Assembly (NCBI GenBank): GCA_024276735.1
Contig: JAJRWQ010000068.1
Span: 1 to 52,189 of the forward strand
Source: Actinomycetes bacterium
GTDB taxonomy: Bacteria; Actinomycetota; Thermoleophilia; BMS3ABIN01
Direction of reading: 5' to 3'
DNA: 52,189 nt
The notes beneath the pieces are model-generated. The model did no database searches. It was not told the origin of the DNA and saw nothing but the letters and a program-made list of their open reading frames with translations. Positions 23,890-33,249 of the stretch are shown here, one piece after another. The number at the start of each line of letters is the position of its first letter. Within the stretch, counting starts at the first letter, position 1. Both the position numbers and the translations under genes were made by a program.

Positions 23890-24099
23890 TCAGGAGGCCA
23901 GTAGCGTCTCGGTGCTGTCCGTGGACCAGGCGCCGTCGTTGACGCGGCGTTCGAAGCATTCCTTGCACACGTATGCGCCGCTGCCGTCCTCGAAACAAAC
24001 GTGTATTCCTGCCTCCCGCTCGCGGCCGATGAGCTTCTCGCTGCACTCGGCACCTACACCCGGTTCCACCTCGTAGACATACTTGACTACTTTCAGCAT
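23890..24099 (-). CDS. small Cys-containing hypothetical protein (69 aa)
   Basis: ATG preceded by GAAAGGGG; non-shadow amino-acid composition; C...HxC...CxxC. Confidence 0.65.
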   Translation of the reverse strand: MLKVVKYVYEVEPGVGAECSEKLIGREREAGIHVCFEDGSGAYVCKECFERRVNDGAWSTDSTETLLAS

Positions 24100-24336
24100 C
24101 TATACCAGCCCCTTTCCAGTAACACTTGCTTTTCCGGCGGATATAATTCTTTATCGGCAGCTGGACCTTTTCCCCCAGCCGCCGCGCCGCCGGCGGGCGC
24201 TCGGTCCTGCGCCTCCCTCTCGTAATTTGGATGCCGCCGGGGGGACAAGGATTCCCCCCGCTGCCTCGAATCAGGGACAACCCCTATGCCGCCGGGCGGG
24301 GGAAGGGGGGAAGCAGCTGCCGGCCGCGGCGCTGCC

Positions 24337-25218
24337 TCAGCCGGCCAGCTCTCTCAGGTCGCGCATGCGCCGGTCGTCGCTGGGATTGGTCTTCCCCGGC
24401 GTCTCCATCACCAGGGGAACCCGGCGCAGGCGGCGGATGCGGGCAAAGGCCCTGAGGCCGGCGACGGGAATGACGCCGGCGCCGGGATGTTCGTGGCGGT
24501 CACGCAGGGAGCCCCGCGCCACCGCGGAGTCGTTGAAGTGCACCAGGGCCAGGCGGTCGATACCCACGGCCTCGTCGAAGTCCGCCACCGTCCCGCGGGC
24601 GGCGGCCGGTGTCGCCAGGTCGTAGCCGGCGCCCCACATGTGCGCCGTGTCGAGGCAGACGCCCAGGGGGATGGCACCGCCTGCCTCTTCCACCGCCGCG
24701 ATCACCTCCGCCAGCTCCTCGAAGCGCGAGCCCACGAGGTCGCCGCCGCCGGCGCTGTTCTCCAGGAGCAGGAGGGGAGGCTCGCCGGCGGGCAGGGGGC
24801 CGCCCTCGCTCTCCAGCCGCAGGATGCCCGCCACCAGGGAGGCCCGCGCCTCCGCCGGCGTCTCCTGCTTCCTGCTTCCCAGGTGAAAGACCACGCCCGC
24901 GCAGCCCAGGGCCATGGCACGGTCGATGTTGGCCCTGAGCAGCTTCACCGACTTGGCATAGATGGGAGCGTTGCGGCCGCTGCGGCAGGAGAGGTTGATC
25001 AGGTAGCCGGCATGGAGAAAGACGGGGGCCAGGTCGTGCTCGGCGACGTACTCCCTGAACTTCGCCGCCGCCTCCAGGTCCAGCCGCCCGGGGTTCCAGG
25101 CGGAAGGATTGCCGGACATGATCTGGAAGGTGGTGCAGCCGATCTCGCGGGCGTGTCGCGCCCCTGCCAGCAGGCCGCCGCCGGTGCTGATGTGGATGCC
25201 CAGTCGCCGCGGCTGCAT
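24337..25218 (-). CDS. nfo: endonuclease IV
   Basis: LGIHIS..GG, HAGYLINL, FHLGS, LLENSAG, CLDTAH, HFNDS, DRHEH, METP. Confidence 0.95.
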   Translation of the reverse strand: MQPRRLGIHISTGGGLLAGARHAREIGCTTFQIMSGNPSAWNPGRLDLEAAAKFREYVAEHDLAPVFLHAGYLINLSCRSGRNAPIYAKSVKLLRANIDRAMALGCAGVVFHLGSRKQETPAEARASLVAGILRLESEGGPLPAGEPPLLLLENSAGGGDLVGSRFEELAEVIAAVEEAGGAIPLGVCLDTAHMWGAGYDLATPAAARGTVADFDEAVGIDRLALVHFNDSAVARGSLRDRHEHPGAGVIPVAGLRAFARIRRLRRVPLVMETPGKTNPSDDRRMRDLRELAG

Positions 25219-25240
25219 CGCTACACCGCCGCCGGCGCCG

Positions 25241-26185
25241 CTAGAGCGTATCCATGTGCCGCGGCGGCCAGTAGATGAAATCGACGCGGCCGATGACGTT
25301 CTCGATGGGCACGTAACCCCAGATGTGGCTGTCGGAGCTCTCGTTGCGGTTGTCGCCGAGCACGAACAGCTGCCCCTCGGGCACCACCTGGGGCGGGCGC
25401 GTGTAACGGGGGCTGTCGGCTCCCTCGATGACGAACTCCTCGCCGTTCACCAGCACCTTGCCGCCGGTGATCTCCACCGTGTCCCCCGGCAGGCCGATCA
25501 CCCGCTTCACGAAGGGGATGCCCGGCTCGGCGCCGGTGTGCTCGGTGGGGGGCCTGAAGACGATCACGTCCCCCCGCTGGATATCGCGGAAATGGTAGAT
25601 GACCCGGTCGGCGATGATGCGGTCGTTGAGCCGGATGGTGGGCAGCATCGACCCGGAGGGAATCTTGTAGGGCTTGGCCAGCGTCGCCTGGGCGCACATC
25701 GCCACCCCGAAGGCGACGGTGATGGGAATGACCACGTCGCGGAAGAGCTTTCTCGCCCGCCGCCGCCAGCGTCCCTGCCTGGACGGCGCCGCCTCCGGCT
25801 CCAGTCCGGCGTAAGGGCTCCCGGTTGCGGGGACCCCCGGCGGCCGCGCTTCCATGCCGGCGTGGTAACCAGCCACGGGTACACGGGGGCTCCCGGTACC
25901 GGTGCCGCCGTCCGCGCCGCCCGGGCGCGGCTCGTGCCCGCACACCGGGGCAGTGCCGCCTTCCGCCGGGGCGTCCACCCCCCGGCCGGCCGGAGCTTCC
26001 GCGGCACCGCGGCCCGCCGGCTGCTCCCCGGTGTCACCAGCCGGGGCAACAGCATCATCCGGCCGGGGGCGCACCGGCGGCTGCCCGGTTTCACCCGCAG
26101 GGGGAAACGCGGGGGGCCGCTCGCTTCCAGGCCGATCTCCCGTTTCCTGGCGCTCCTGTTTTTCCCTGTCCGGTTCCTGTTCCAT
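25241..26185 (-). CDS. lepB: signal peptidase I with a long low-complexity N-terminus
   Basis: IPSGSMLPT, FVKRVIGLPGD, VLGDNRNESSDSH. Confidence 0.93.
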   Translation of the reverse strand: MEQEPDREKQERQETGDRPGSERPPAFPPAGETGQPPVRPRPDDAVAPAGDTGEQPAGRGAAEAPAGRGVDAPAEGGTAPVCGHEPRPGGADGGTGTGSPRVPVAGYHAGMEARPPGVPATGSPYAGLEPEAAPSRQGRWRRRARKLFRDVVIPITVAFGVAMCAQATLAKPYKIPSGSMLPTIRLNDRIIADRVIYHFRDIQRGDVIVFRPPTEHTGAEPGIPFVKRVIGLPGDTVEITGGKVLVNGEEFVIEGADSPRYTRPPQVVPEGQLFVLGDNRNESSDSHIWGYVPIENVIGRVDFIYWPPRHMDTL

Positions 26186-26291
26186 GAAATGTTCCGCTGC
26201 CCGCCGTCACCGGGACGCCGGCGCGCGGAGATGGAGGGTTCCTGCATCCATGGTAGCGATTAACCGCAGCCGGGGCCAAGTCCCCGCCGGC

Positions 26292-27497
26292 TCAAATCGC
26301 CATCTTGCTGACGAACTCGTCCTGGAAAGTCTTGTCGAGGGGCAACGCCACGTGCCTGATGATGCCGCGGAGCTCTTCGAGCTGCTCTCGCCCTGCCTCG
26401 TCCAGCATCATCACCGCTCCCCGGCAGGCCGCGTCGTCCAGCACCTCCACCCGGTCGTTGGGCAGGTCGGGGAACATCTTCAGCAGCCGGGCGTTGTCCA
26501 GGTTGATGTAGCTGCCGAAAGTTCCGGTAATAAGCATGTGGTCGAGATCCTGCACGCCGCTCTTTGCCTGGAGCACGGCGATGGCCGCGTGCACCGATGC
26601 CTTCACCAGCTGGAAGGAGCGGATGTCGCGCTGGTCCAGGGTGATGGCGGTGTCGCCGTCCTCGGCAATCACCACCGGCCCCTCCCGCAGCAGCCGCCCG
26701 CCGGCATCGACCCAGTCGTTGCGCCGGAGCTCGGCGATGATATCGATCAGCCCGGAGCCGCAGATCCCCCGCGGCTCGCCGCCGCCCACCACTTCACACT
26801 GGAAGCGCTCGCCGTCGAGCCGCGCCTTGTAAATGGCGCCCTAGCTGGCCGAAACGCCGAAAGACATGTGCGTATCCTCGTAGGCGGGCCCGGCGGGGCT
26901 CGACGCCACCCATATCTTGCCGCGGCCGCCCAGGGTCATCTCGCAGTTGGTGCCCACGTCGATCACCAGCCGCGGCCGTTCGCTGGCCGCCATGTCCACC
27001 AGCAGGATGTCGGCCAGGGCGTCGGCGCCGACGAAGCCGAAGATGGGCCGGGGGACGAACAGGTTCGCATCCCCGAGCGCGATGCCGAGATCGGCGGCAG
27101 GCCCGTAGAAATCCTCTGCTCCCCTGAGGTTGAACGGCGTGCCGCAGAGAGGCGACGGATCGAGGTCGAGAAGGAAGGCGAACATGGCGGAGTTGCCCAC
27201 CACCACCAGCTCCCGCACCCGGCCGGGATCCACGCCGGCGCGCCGGCAAAGCTCGGCGGCGGACGAGCCCACGGCTTCGATCGCCTGGTTGTGCAGGGAA
27301 GCACGTACGCCCTCGTCCTCGGCCGCCTTTCCCAGGCGGCTGGCGATGTCGGCGCCATGTTCCTTCTGGGGATTGGGCACCACCAGCGTTTCCAGCGCCC
27401 GTTTTCCGGGCAGCTCCACCAGGCGGAGCCAGATACTCGAGGTCCCCAAGTCCACGGCGATGCCGTAGGACTCCTTGGCTTTGTGGTCGATACTCAT
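26292..27497 (-). CDS. ASKHA-domain corrinoid reductive activator (RACo/RamA/DUF4445-like) with an in-frame TAG at 26841-26843; recoded, pseudogene or sequencing error
   Basis: YGIAVDLGTS, NPQ..GADIASR, FGFVGADA, VIDVGTNCE, PAGPAYE, then TAG, then in the same frame GAIYK...PRGICGSGLIDIIAEL, QRDIRSFQLVKA, GTFGSYI. Confidence 0.85.
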
Positions 27498-27690
27498 TTT
27501 CTCCCGTACAGGCGGAGTCGCCGCGCTCGAACCTGGAAAACCTTGCGTTCCCGGAGTGGAGGCGGGGGTCCGTTCCCAGTCGGCGGGCACCGGTGAAAAA
27601 AGGGTAGCAGAAAAGAAGCATGCAGACAAATCCTGCAAATCAACGATATTCCGTATCAGTACAAATACTGTGGAATTGGCCATATTCCTC

Positions 27691-27699
27691 TGGTAGACT
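27691..27699 (+). promoter_or_regulatory. extended -10 promoter (TGn-TAGACT) for the radical SAM/GT operon
   Basis: TGGTAGACT in an AT-rich divergent intergenic region, about 150 nt upstream of ATG 27847. Confidence 0.45.
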
Positions 27700-27846
27700 T
27701 GAACCGGGTAGGGACCACGATGGGGTGGTAGTAACCGGCTGCGGCACTTCACGTCGTTGCCACCATGGTCTCCGCGCAGTAAATTCACTATATTTGTGGG
27801 CACGGGCGTGCCCTACCCTGGAAGAAAACGACGACAAGAGGCGTTC

Positions 27847-29313
27847 ATGAAAGCAATGGTGATCCTGCCGGCCTGGCGGCCGGACGATATCTATCCCTCC
27901 AAGCTGGCCAAGTCGGCGGTGAGCTACCAGCATCCCCTGGGGCTGTTGTATATCGCCACCTGCATGCTGGAGGCGGGCCACGAGGTGGAACTGGTGGACG
28001 GCGCCTTCTGGACCCAGTCGCAGGTGCTGGAGAAGGTGAAGCGCTTCCGCCCCGATTTCGTGGGCATCTCCGCCAACGCCTCCATGTGGAAGAAGGCCTG
28101 CCGCACCGCCGCCGACATCAAGGAGCTGGACGCCGGCATCCACGTTTCCGCCGCCGGCCCCTATCCCACCGCGGTGGAAGAGAAATGCCTCGAGCAGTGC
28201 GAGCACCTGGACTCGGTGGTGATCGGCGAGGGCGAGGAGACGGTGCCGGAGCTGATGGAGCGGCTGGAGTCCGGCGGCGACCTGGCGGGGGTGGCCGGCG
28301 TGGCCTACCGCAACGGGGACGGCGAGATCGTCACCAACCAGCCGCGGCCACTGATCGAGGACCTGGATTCCATCCCCATCCCCCGCCGCGAGCTGCTGGG
28401 TGACTTCGACAAGTACGAATCACCGCCGGGCAGCTACAAGCAGAAGCCGATCGCCATCGTCATGACCTCCCGCGGCTGCAAGGCCCGCTGCATCTACTGC
28501 TTCCAGATGAAGGGCGAGCGGCGCATCCGCTTCCGCAGCGTGGAGAACGTGGTCCAGGAGGTGGAGGAGCTGGTCAACCACTACGGCTTCCGGGAGATCC
28601 GGTTCCTGGACGAGACCTTCACCGCCGACCGCGAGCGGGCGATGGAGATCGTCCGGCGCTTCCGGGAGAAGAAGCTAAAGTTCAGCTGGTACATCTCCTC
28701 GCGGGTCAACACCGTCGACTACGAGATGCTGCGCGAGTTCAAGAAGGCCGGCTGCTGGGCGGTGCTCTTCGGCGCCGAGAGCGGCGTGCAGAAGAACCTG
28801 AACACCATGCGCAAGGGCATCACCCTGGACCAGACGCGGGCGGCAGTAAAGGCAGCCAAGAAGGCCGGCCTCAAGGTCTACACCCCGTTCATCATCGGCA
28901 TCCCCGGCGAGACCTACGAGGAAGCGCTTAAGACCATCGACTTCGCCATCGAGCTCGATCCCCACTACGCCAACTTCCATTCCATGACTCCCTTCCCGGG
29001 AACCGAGCTCTACGAGAACATCGAGCAGTACGGCACCATGTCCGGTGACACCGACGACTACACCTTCGAGGGCGCCGCCTTCGTTCCCTATACCATGACC
29101 CGGGAGCAGATCGAGGAGCTGCGCACCATCGGCTTCCGCAAGTTCTACTCCCGGCCCCGCTTCATCCTCCGGCGCCTGTTCGAGGTACGCAACTGGTACG
29201 ACCTCAAGACCGTGGCCAAGGGCGCCGGCAGCTTCTTCTGGCTGTGGGTGAAGCGTGACTCGCTGAAGGTGGACCGCTCCGCCAAGGCCGCCTCGGAGAG
29301 CGAGGAAGGCTGA
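27847..29313 (+). CDS. cobalamin-dependent (class B) radical SAM protein
   Basis: N-terminal B12-binding domain (HPLGLLYIA, AGPYPT, VIGEGE), TSRGCKARCIYC, FGAESG, TPFPGT. Confidence 0.92.
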   Translation: MKAMVILPAWRPDDIYPSKLAKSAVSYQHPLGLLYIATCMLEAGHEVELVDGAFWTQSQVLEKVKRFRPDFVGISANASMWKKACRTAADIKELDAGIHVSAAGPYPTAVEEKCLEQCEHLDSVVIGEGEETVPELMERLESGGDLAGVAGVAYRNGDGEIVTNQPRPLIEDLDSIPIPRRELLGDFDKYESPPGSYKQKPIAIVMTSRGCKARCIYCFQMKGERRIRFRSVENVVQEVEELVNHYGFREIRFLDETFTADRERAMEIVRRFREKKLKFSWYISSRVNTVDYEMLREFKKAGCWAVLFGAESGVQKNLNTMRKGITLDQTRAAVKAAKKAGLKVYTPFIIGIPGETYEEALKTIDFAIELDPHYANFHSMTPFPGTELYENIEQYGTMSGDTDDYTFEGAAFVPYTMTREQIEELRTIGFRKFYSRPRFILRRLFEVRNWYDLKTVAKGAGSFFWLWVKRDSLKVDRSAKAASESEEG

Positions 29314-30452
29314 TGGCGAAGCAACAGCATCAGCGCGCGTCCGCCGCGCCGGAGCAGGCCGCCGCCCAGCAACGGGCGCCCGCCGGGAAGCCGGCCCGGG
29401 AGGCGGAGCCGCCGGCGGCCGCCGCGGTGGAGCAGCCGCGGGTGTCGGTGGTGATCCCGCTCTACAACGGCGCCCGCACCATCGAGGAAGTGCTGAAGGC
29501 GGTCTACGCCTCCACCTTCCGGGATTTCGAGGTGGTGATCGTCAACGACTGCTCCAGCGACGACAGCCTGGAGGTGCTGGCCTCGCTGGCCGACCGCTAT
29601 CCCCACCGGCTGGTCGACTTCGAGGAGAACCGCGGCGTATCCCGTGCCCGCAACGCCGGCGCCGAGGCCGCCCGCGGCGACATCATCTTCTTCATCGATG
29701 CCGACTGCCTGGTGCTGCCGCGCACCATCGAGCTCTGCGTCACCGAGCTCGAGCGCGGCGGCAGCATCTGCGTCGGCGGCGCCTACACCACCAAGCCCTG
29801 GGACGACGACTTCTTCAGCATCTTCCAGTCTCTCTACATCCACCACGTGGAAACCAAGGAAGAGCACCCCGATTACGTGGCCACCCACTGCATGGCCATC
29901 CGCAAGTCGACGTTCGAGGAATTCGGCGGCTTCATCACCGACTCGTTCATCGGCCATGCCGCCAGCGTGGAAGACGTGGAGCTCTCGCACCGCCTCATCG
30001 CCGCCGGCCACCAGCTCTCCCGGCCCCCGGGAATCCTGGTGCGGCACATGTTCGGCTTCAACTTCACCCGCTCCATCAGGAACGCCGTGAAGAAGAGCAA
30101 GTACTGGACCATGTACTCGCTCAAGAACCGCGACGTGATGCAGGACTCCGGCGCCGCCTCCCACGAGCTGAAGGTGAACGTCTTCACCCAGCTGCTCAAC
30201 CTGGGGCTGCTGGGAGTGGCCGCGGTAACCGGCCGCCGGTGGCCGCTGCTGCCGGCGGCGGCCCTGCTGGCGGTGAACCTGGCGGTGAACTCCCGCTTCC
30301 TGCTGCTGGTGAGGCGCGAGGAAGGCTGGGCGTTCCTGGCCAAGGCCATCGCCTATTACCTGCTCGTCTACCCCTTCGTGGTCGCGTACGGCTCCGGGAT
30401 CGGCACGCTCAAGTATGCCTGGGAGGTCAAGCTGCTCGGGCGCTACGCCTAG
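29313..30452 (+). CDS. GT2 family glycosyltransferase with C-terminal TM helices
   Basis: VSVVIPLYN, VNDCSSD, NRGVSRARNAG, FFIDAD, VEDVELS. Confidence 0.92.
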   Translation: MAKQQHQRASAAPEQAAAQQRAPAGKPAREAEPPAAAAVEQPRVSVVIPLYNGARTIEEVLKAVYASTFRDFEVVIVNDCSSDDSLEVLASLADRYPHRLVDFEENRGVSRARNAGAEAARGDIIFFIDADCLVLPRTIELCVTELERGGSICVGGAYTTKPWDDDFFSIFQSLYIHHVETKEEHPDYVATHCMAIRKSTFEEFGGFITDSFIGHAASVEDVELSHRLIAAGHQLSRPPGILVRHMFGFNFTRSIRNAVKKSKYWTMYSLKNRDVMQDSGAASHELKVNVFTQLLNLGLLGVAAVTGRRWPLLPAAALLAVNLAVNSRFLLLVRREEGWAFLAKAIAYYLLVYPFVVAYGSGIGTLKYAWEVKLLGRYA

Positions 30453-30460
30453 CGGAAACG

Positions 30461-31573
30461 ATGGGGAGCATGCTCGCATACGCGCGCCACGTGCCGGCGA
30501 TCTTCGTCAAACGCAACGTGCTGCAGTTCACCTTCTTCATCACCTCGCGCTGTAACGCCCGCTGCCCCTTCTGCTTTTACTGGAAAGACCGCCACCGCAA
30601 GCGCGACGAGCTCTCGCTGGAAGAGATCGAGCGCTTTGCCGCCACCATGGACGACCTCCTCTGGCTGCTCTTCTCCGGCGGCGAGATCTTCCTGCGCCGG
30701 GACCTGCCCGCGATCGCCGCCGCCTTCTACCGCCACACGCGGCCGGCGATCATCACCCTGCCCACCAACGGCCTGTCGCCGCGACTGATCCTGCCCGCGG
30801 TGGAGGAGATCGCCGGTGCCTGTCCCGAGAGCGCGGTGGTAGTGAAGGTCTCGCTGGACGGCGTGGGCGAGGAACACGACCGCATCCGCAACACGCCCGG
30901 CAACTTCGAGAAGGCGATGGAGACCTGGGAGGGCCTGCGGCGGCTGGGGGAGCGGTACCCGAACCTGCAGATCGGCATCAACACCGTCTTCTGCCACGAG
31001 AACCAGGAGATGATGGACGAGATCATCGATTTCGTCAACACGCTTCCCGGCTGCGAGACGCACACCATCTCCCTGGTGCGCGGCGACCCCGCCGACGAGG
31101 AATACAAGCACATCGACCTGGAGAAGTACCGGCGGGCGGTGGAGCGGCTGGAGGTGGACCTCAAGGGCGGCGAGAACGCCAAGATGTATCACTTCGCCAT
31201 GGCGCGGCTGAAGTCGGCCCAGGACCTGGTGCAGCGGCGGCTGATCTACGAGACCGTGCGCAGCAGCCGCCGGCAGCTGCCCTGCTATGCCGGGCGGATA
31301 ACCGCGGTGATGAACGAGGTGGGCGACGTCTTTCCCTGCGAGATCCTGCCGGCGAAGATGGGAAACATCCGCGATTTCGCATATGATTTCGGGGAACTGA
31401 TGCGCTCGGCCGCCGCCGACGAGGTGCGGGCGCGGATACACCGGAGCCGCTGTTACTGTTCGCATGAGTGTTACTTCGTCACCAACATCCTCTTCAACCC
31501 CCTCATGTACGCCCGCGTCCTCAAGGAGTACTCCCAGCTCGGCGGCGGAAACACCGGCACCGTTGCCGGCTAG
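30461..31573 (+). CDS. radical SAM protein with a C-terminal twitch/SPASM-like domain
   Basis: ITSRCNARCPFC, FSGGE, PTNG, VSLDG, CYAG...GDVFPCE...CYCSHEC. Confidence 0.9.
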   Translation: MGSMLAYARHVPAIFVKRNVLQFTFFITSRCNARCPFCFYWKDRHRKRDELSLEEIERFAATMDDLLWLLFSGGEIFLRRDLPAIAAAFYRHTRPAIITLPTNGLSPRLILPAVEEIAGACPESAVVVKVSLDGVGEEHDRIRNTPGNFEKAMETWEGLRRLGERYPNLQIGINTVFCHENQEMMDEIIDFVNTLPGCETHTISLVRGDPADEEYKHIDLEKYRRAVERLEVDLKGGENAKMYHFAMARLKSAQDLVQRRLIYETVRSSRRQLPCYAGRITAVMNEVGDVFPCEILPAKMGNIRDFAYDFGELMRSAAADEVRARIHRSRCYCSHECYFVTNILFNPLMYARVLKEYSQLGGGNTGTVAG

Positions 31574-33221
31574 CCGGCGACGCACCCTCCTGCTGCTGGC
31601 GCTGGTCTGCGGCTTCACCCTGCTGCTGGCGCTGCCCTTCCTGGGCCAGGCCTTCCACATCGACGACGCCATCTTCTGGGACTTCGCCAAAAACAACCTG
31701 CGGCACCCCTTCAGCCTGCACCTGGACGACTACCACCTGATGGGAGAGGATTTCTCGCGCTGGCGGGACACGCACCCGCCCCTGGATTCGCTGTACCTGT
31801 CGCTGGTGATGGTCGTCACCGGCAGCGACTCCGAGGTGCCGCTGCACGCCGGCTTCCTGCTCTTCCCCCTGGTCGGCGGGGTGGCGATGGACTTCCTGGC
31901 GCGCCGCTTCACCCGCCGGCCGCCGGCGGCGGCGCTGGCGCTGCTGGCGACGCCGGCGGTGATGACGCTCTCCCACACGCTGATGGCGGACGTGCCGATG
32001 ATGTCCTTCTGGATCGCCGCCACCGCCTGCTACGTGCACGGCGTCGACCGCGGCGACCGCCGCCTGCTGGCGGCAGCCTCGCTGCTGGTCACCGTGGACC
32101 TCTTCACCGGCTACCAGGCGCTGGCGCTGCTGGTGCTGCTGCCACTCTACCCGCTGGCCAGGGGAAAGCTCTCCCGCGCCAGCCTGGTGCCGTTGCTGCT
32201 GCCGGTCCTGGCCTTTGGCCTCTACACCCTCTACAACCTGTATGCCTACGGCGAGCCACCGCGTTTCGCCCATGCCAACGGCACCAGCTTCAACTGGGGG
32301 CACGTGCTGGACCGCCTGCAGGGGATGCTGCTGCAGGTGGGCGGAACCTCGCTGTTTCCGCCGCTGCTGCTGGCGATCTTCTCCGCCCGGCGCCGCCGCT
32401 GGGTGCTGGCGCCCTTCATGCTGGCGCTGGCCGCCGCCTGCGGCTACTACGGCAACGGCCTCGCCGGCCTGCGGCTGGCCTTCTACACGGTGATGCTGGC
32501 CGCGGCGCTGGCAGTGATTGTGACGCTGGCCGGCGAGGGCGCCCGGCAGTTCGCCCGCGCCCGGCGCGGCAGGTCGGTGGACCTGGACTTCGTCTTCCTG
32601 TCCGCCTGGCTGGCATTCATGTTCGCAGCCACGGTGATGCTGCTGCCGCACGCGCCGGCCAAGTACACCCTGGTCTTCCTGCCGCCGCTGGTGTTGCTGG
32701 CTTTCCGGGAGCTCGACGCCCTGCCCCTGTCCCGCAGGGCCCTGGATGCCACCGCCGCCCTGGTGGTGGTCACCACCCTGGCGGCCGGCACCCTGGTCTC
32801 CGTCGCCGACTACCGGCTGGCCGCGTCCTACCGCGACTTCGCCGGCGAGGTCGCCGCCGCCCGGCAGTCGGGCGCGTACGGTGGCGAGGTGTGGTTCGTG
32901 GGCGAGTGGGGCTTTAGGCACTACATGGAGGCCGCGGGCTTTCACTACCTCTCCCGCGGAAACGAATCCCCGGCCGCCGGTGATATCATCGTGCGCCCCT
33001 CGGTGGCCGATTGGCCGCTGGCGCCCGCGGTGCGCGACCGCATGCAGGTGGCCGAAGTTCGGGAGGTGGAATGGGGCTTTCCCCTGCGGCTGATGGGCCG
33101 CGACGCCGACGCCGGCTTCTACGGCACCTACTGGGGTCTGCTGCCATACTCGCCGTCCCGGACGCCGCTGGAGCGCTTCACCGTCTACCGGGTGGGGGCC
33201 GCGGCGGGGGCGGAACGCTGA
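31563..33221 (+). CDS. GT-C fold polytopic membrane glycosyltransferase (ArnT/PMT-like)
   Basis: First loop FHIDD, HPPL motif, many TM helices, C-terminal extracytoplasmic domain; probable TTG start at 31563. Confidence 0.8.
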   Translation: MPASRRRTLLLLALVCGFTLLLALPFLGQAFHIDDAIFWDFAKNNLRHPFSLHLDDYHLMGEDFSRWRDTHPPLDSLYLSLVMVVTGSDSEVPLHAGFLLFPLVGGVAMDFLARRFTRRPPAAALALLATPAVMTLSHTLMADVPMMSFWIAATACYVHGVDRGDRRLLAAASLLVTVDLFTGYQALALLVLLPLYPLARGKLSRASLVPLLLPVLAFGLYTLYNLYAYGEPPRFAHANGTSFNWGHVLDRLQGMLLQVGGTSLFPPLLLAIFSARRRRWVLAPFMLALAAACGYYGNGLAGLRLAFYTVMLAAALAVIVTLAGEGARQFARARRGRSVDLDFVFLSAWLAFMFAATVMLLPHAPAKYTLVFLPPLVLLAFRELDALPLSRRALDATAALVVVTTLAAGTLVSVADYRLAASYRDFAGEVAAARQSGAYGGEVWFVGEWGFRHYMEAAGFHYLSRGNESPAAGDIIVRPSVADWPLAPAVRDRMQVAEVREVEWGFPLRLMGRDADAGFYGTYWGLLPYSPSRTPLERFTVYRVGAAAGAER

Positions 33222-33249
33222 GCCTCTTTTCGCCGCGGGCACCGTAGCA

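Noticed and set aside
27498-27846. Cobalamin riboswitch in the divergent region of the corrinoid cluster
   Set aside because: No B12-box or AGGGAA...GGTG.AA.TCC...GCCCCCGC.ACTG consensus found by eye on either strand; kept only as an unknown structured leader.
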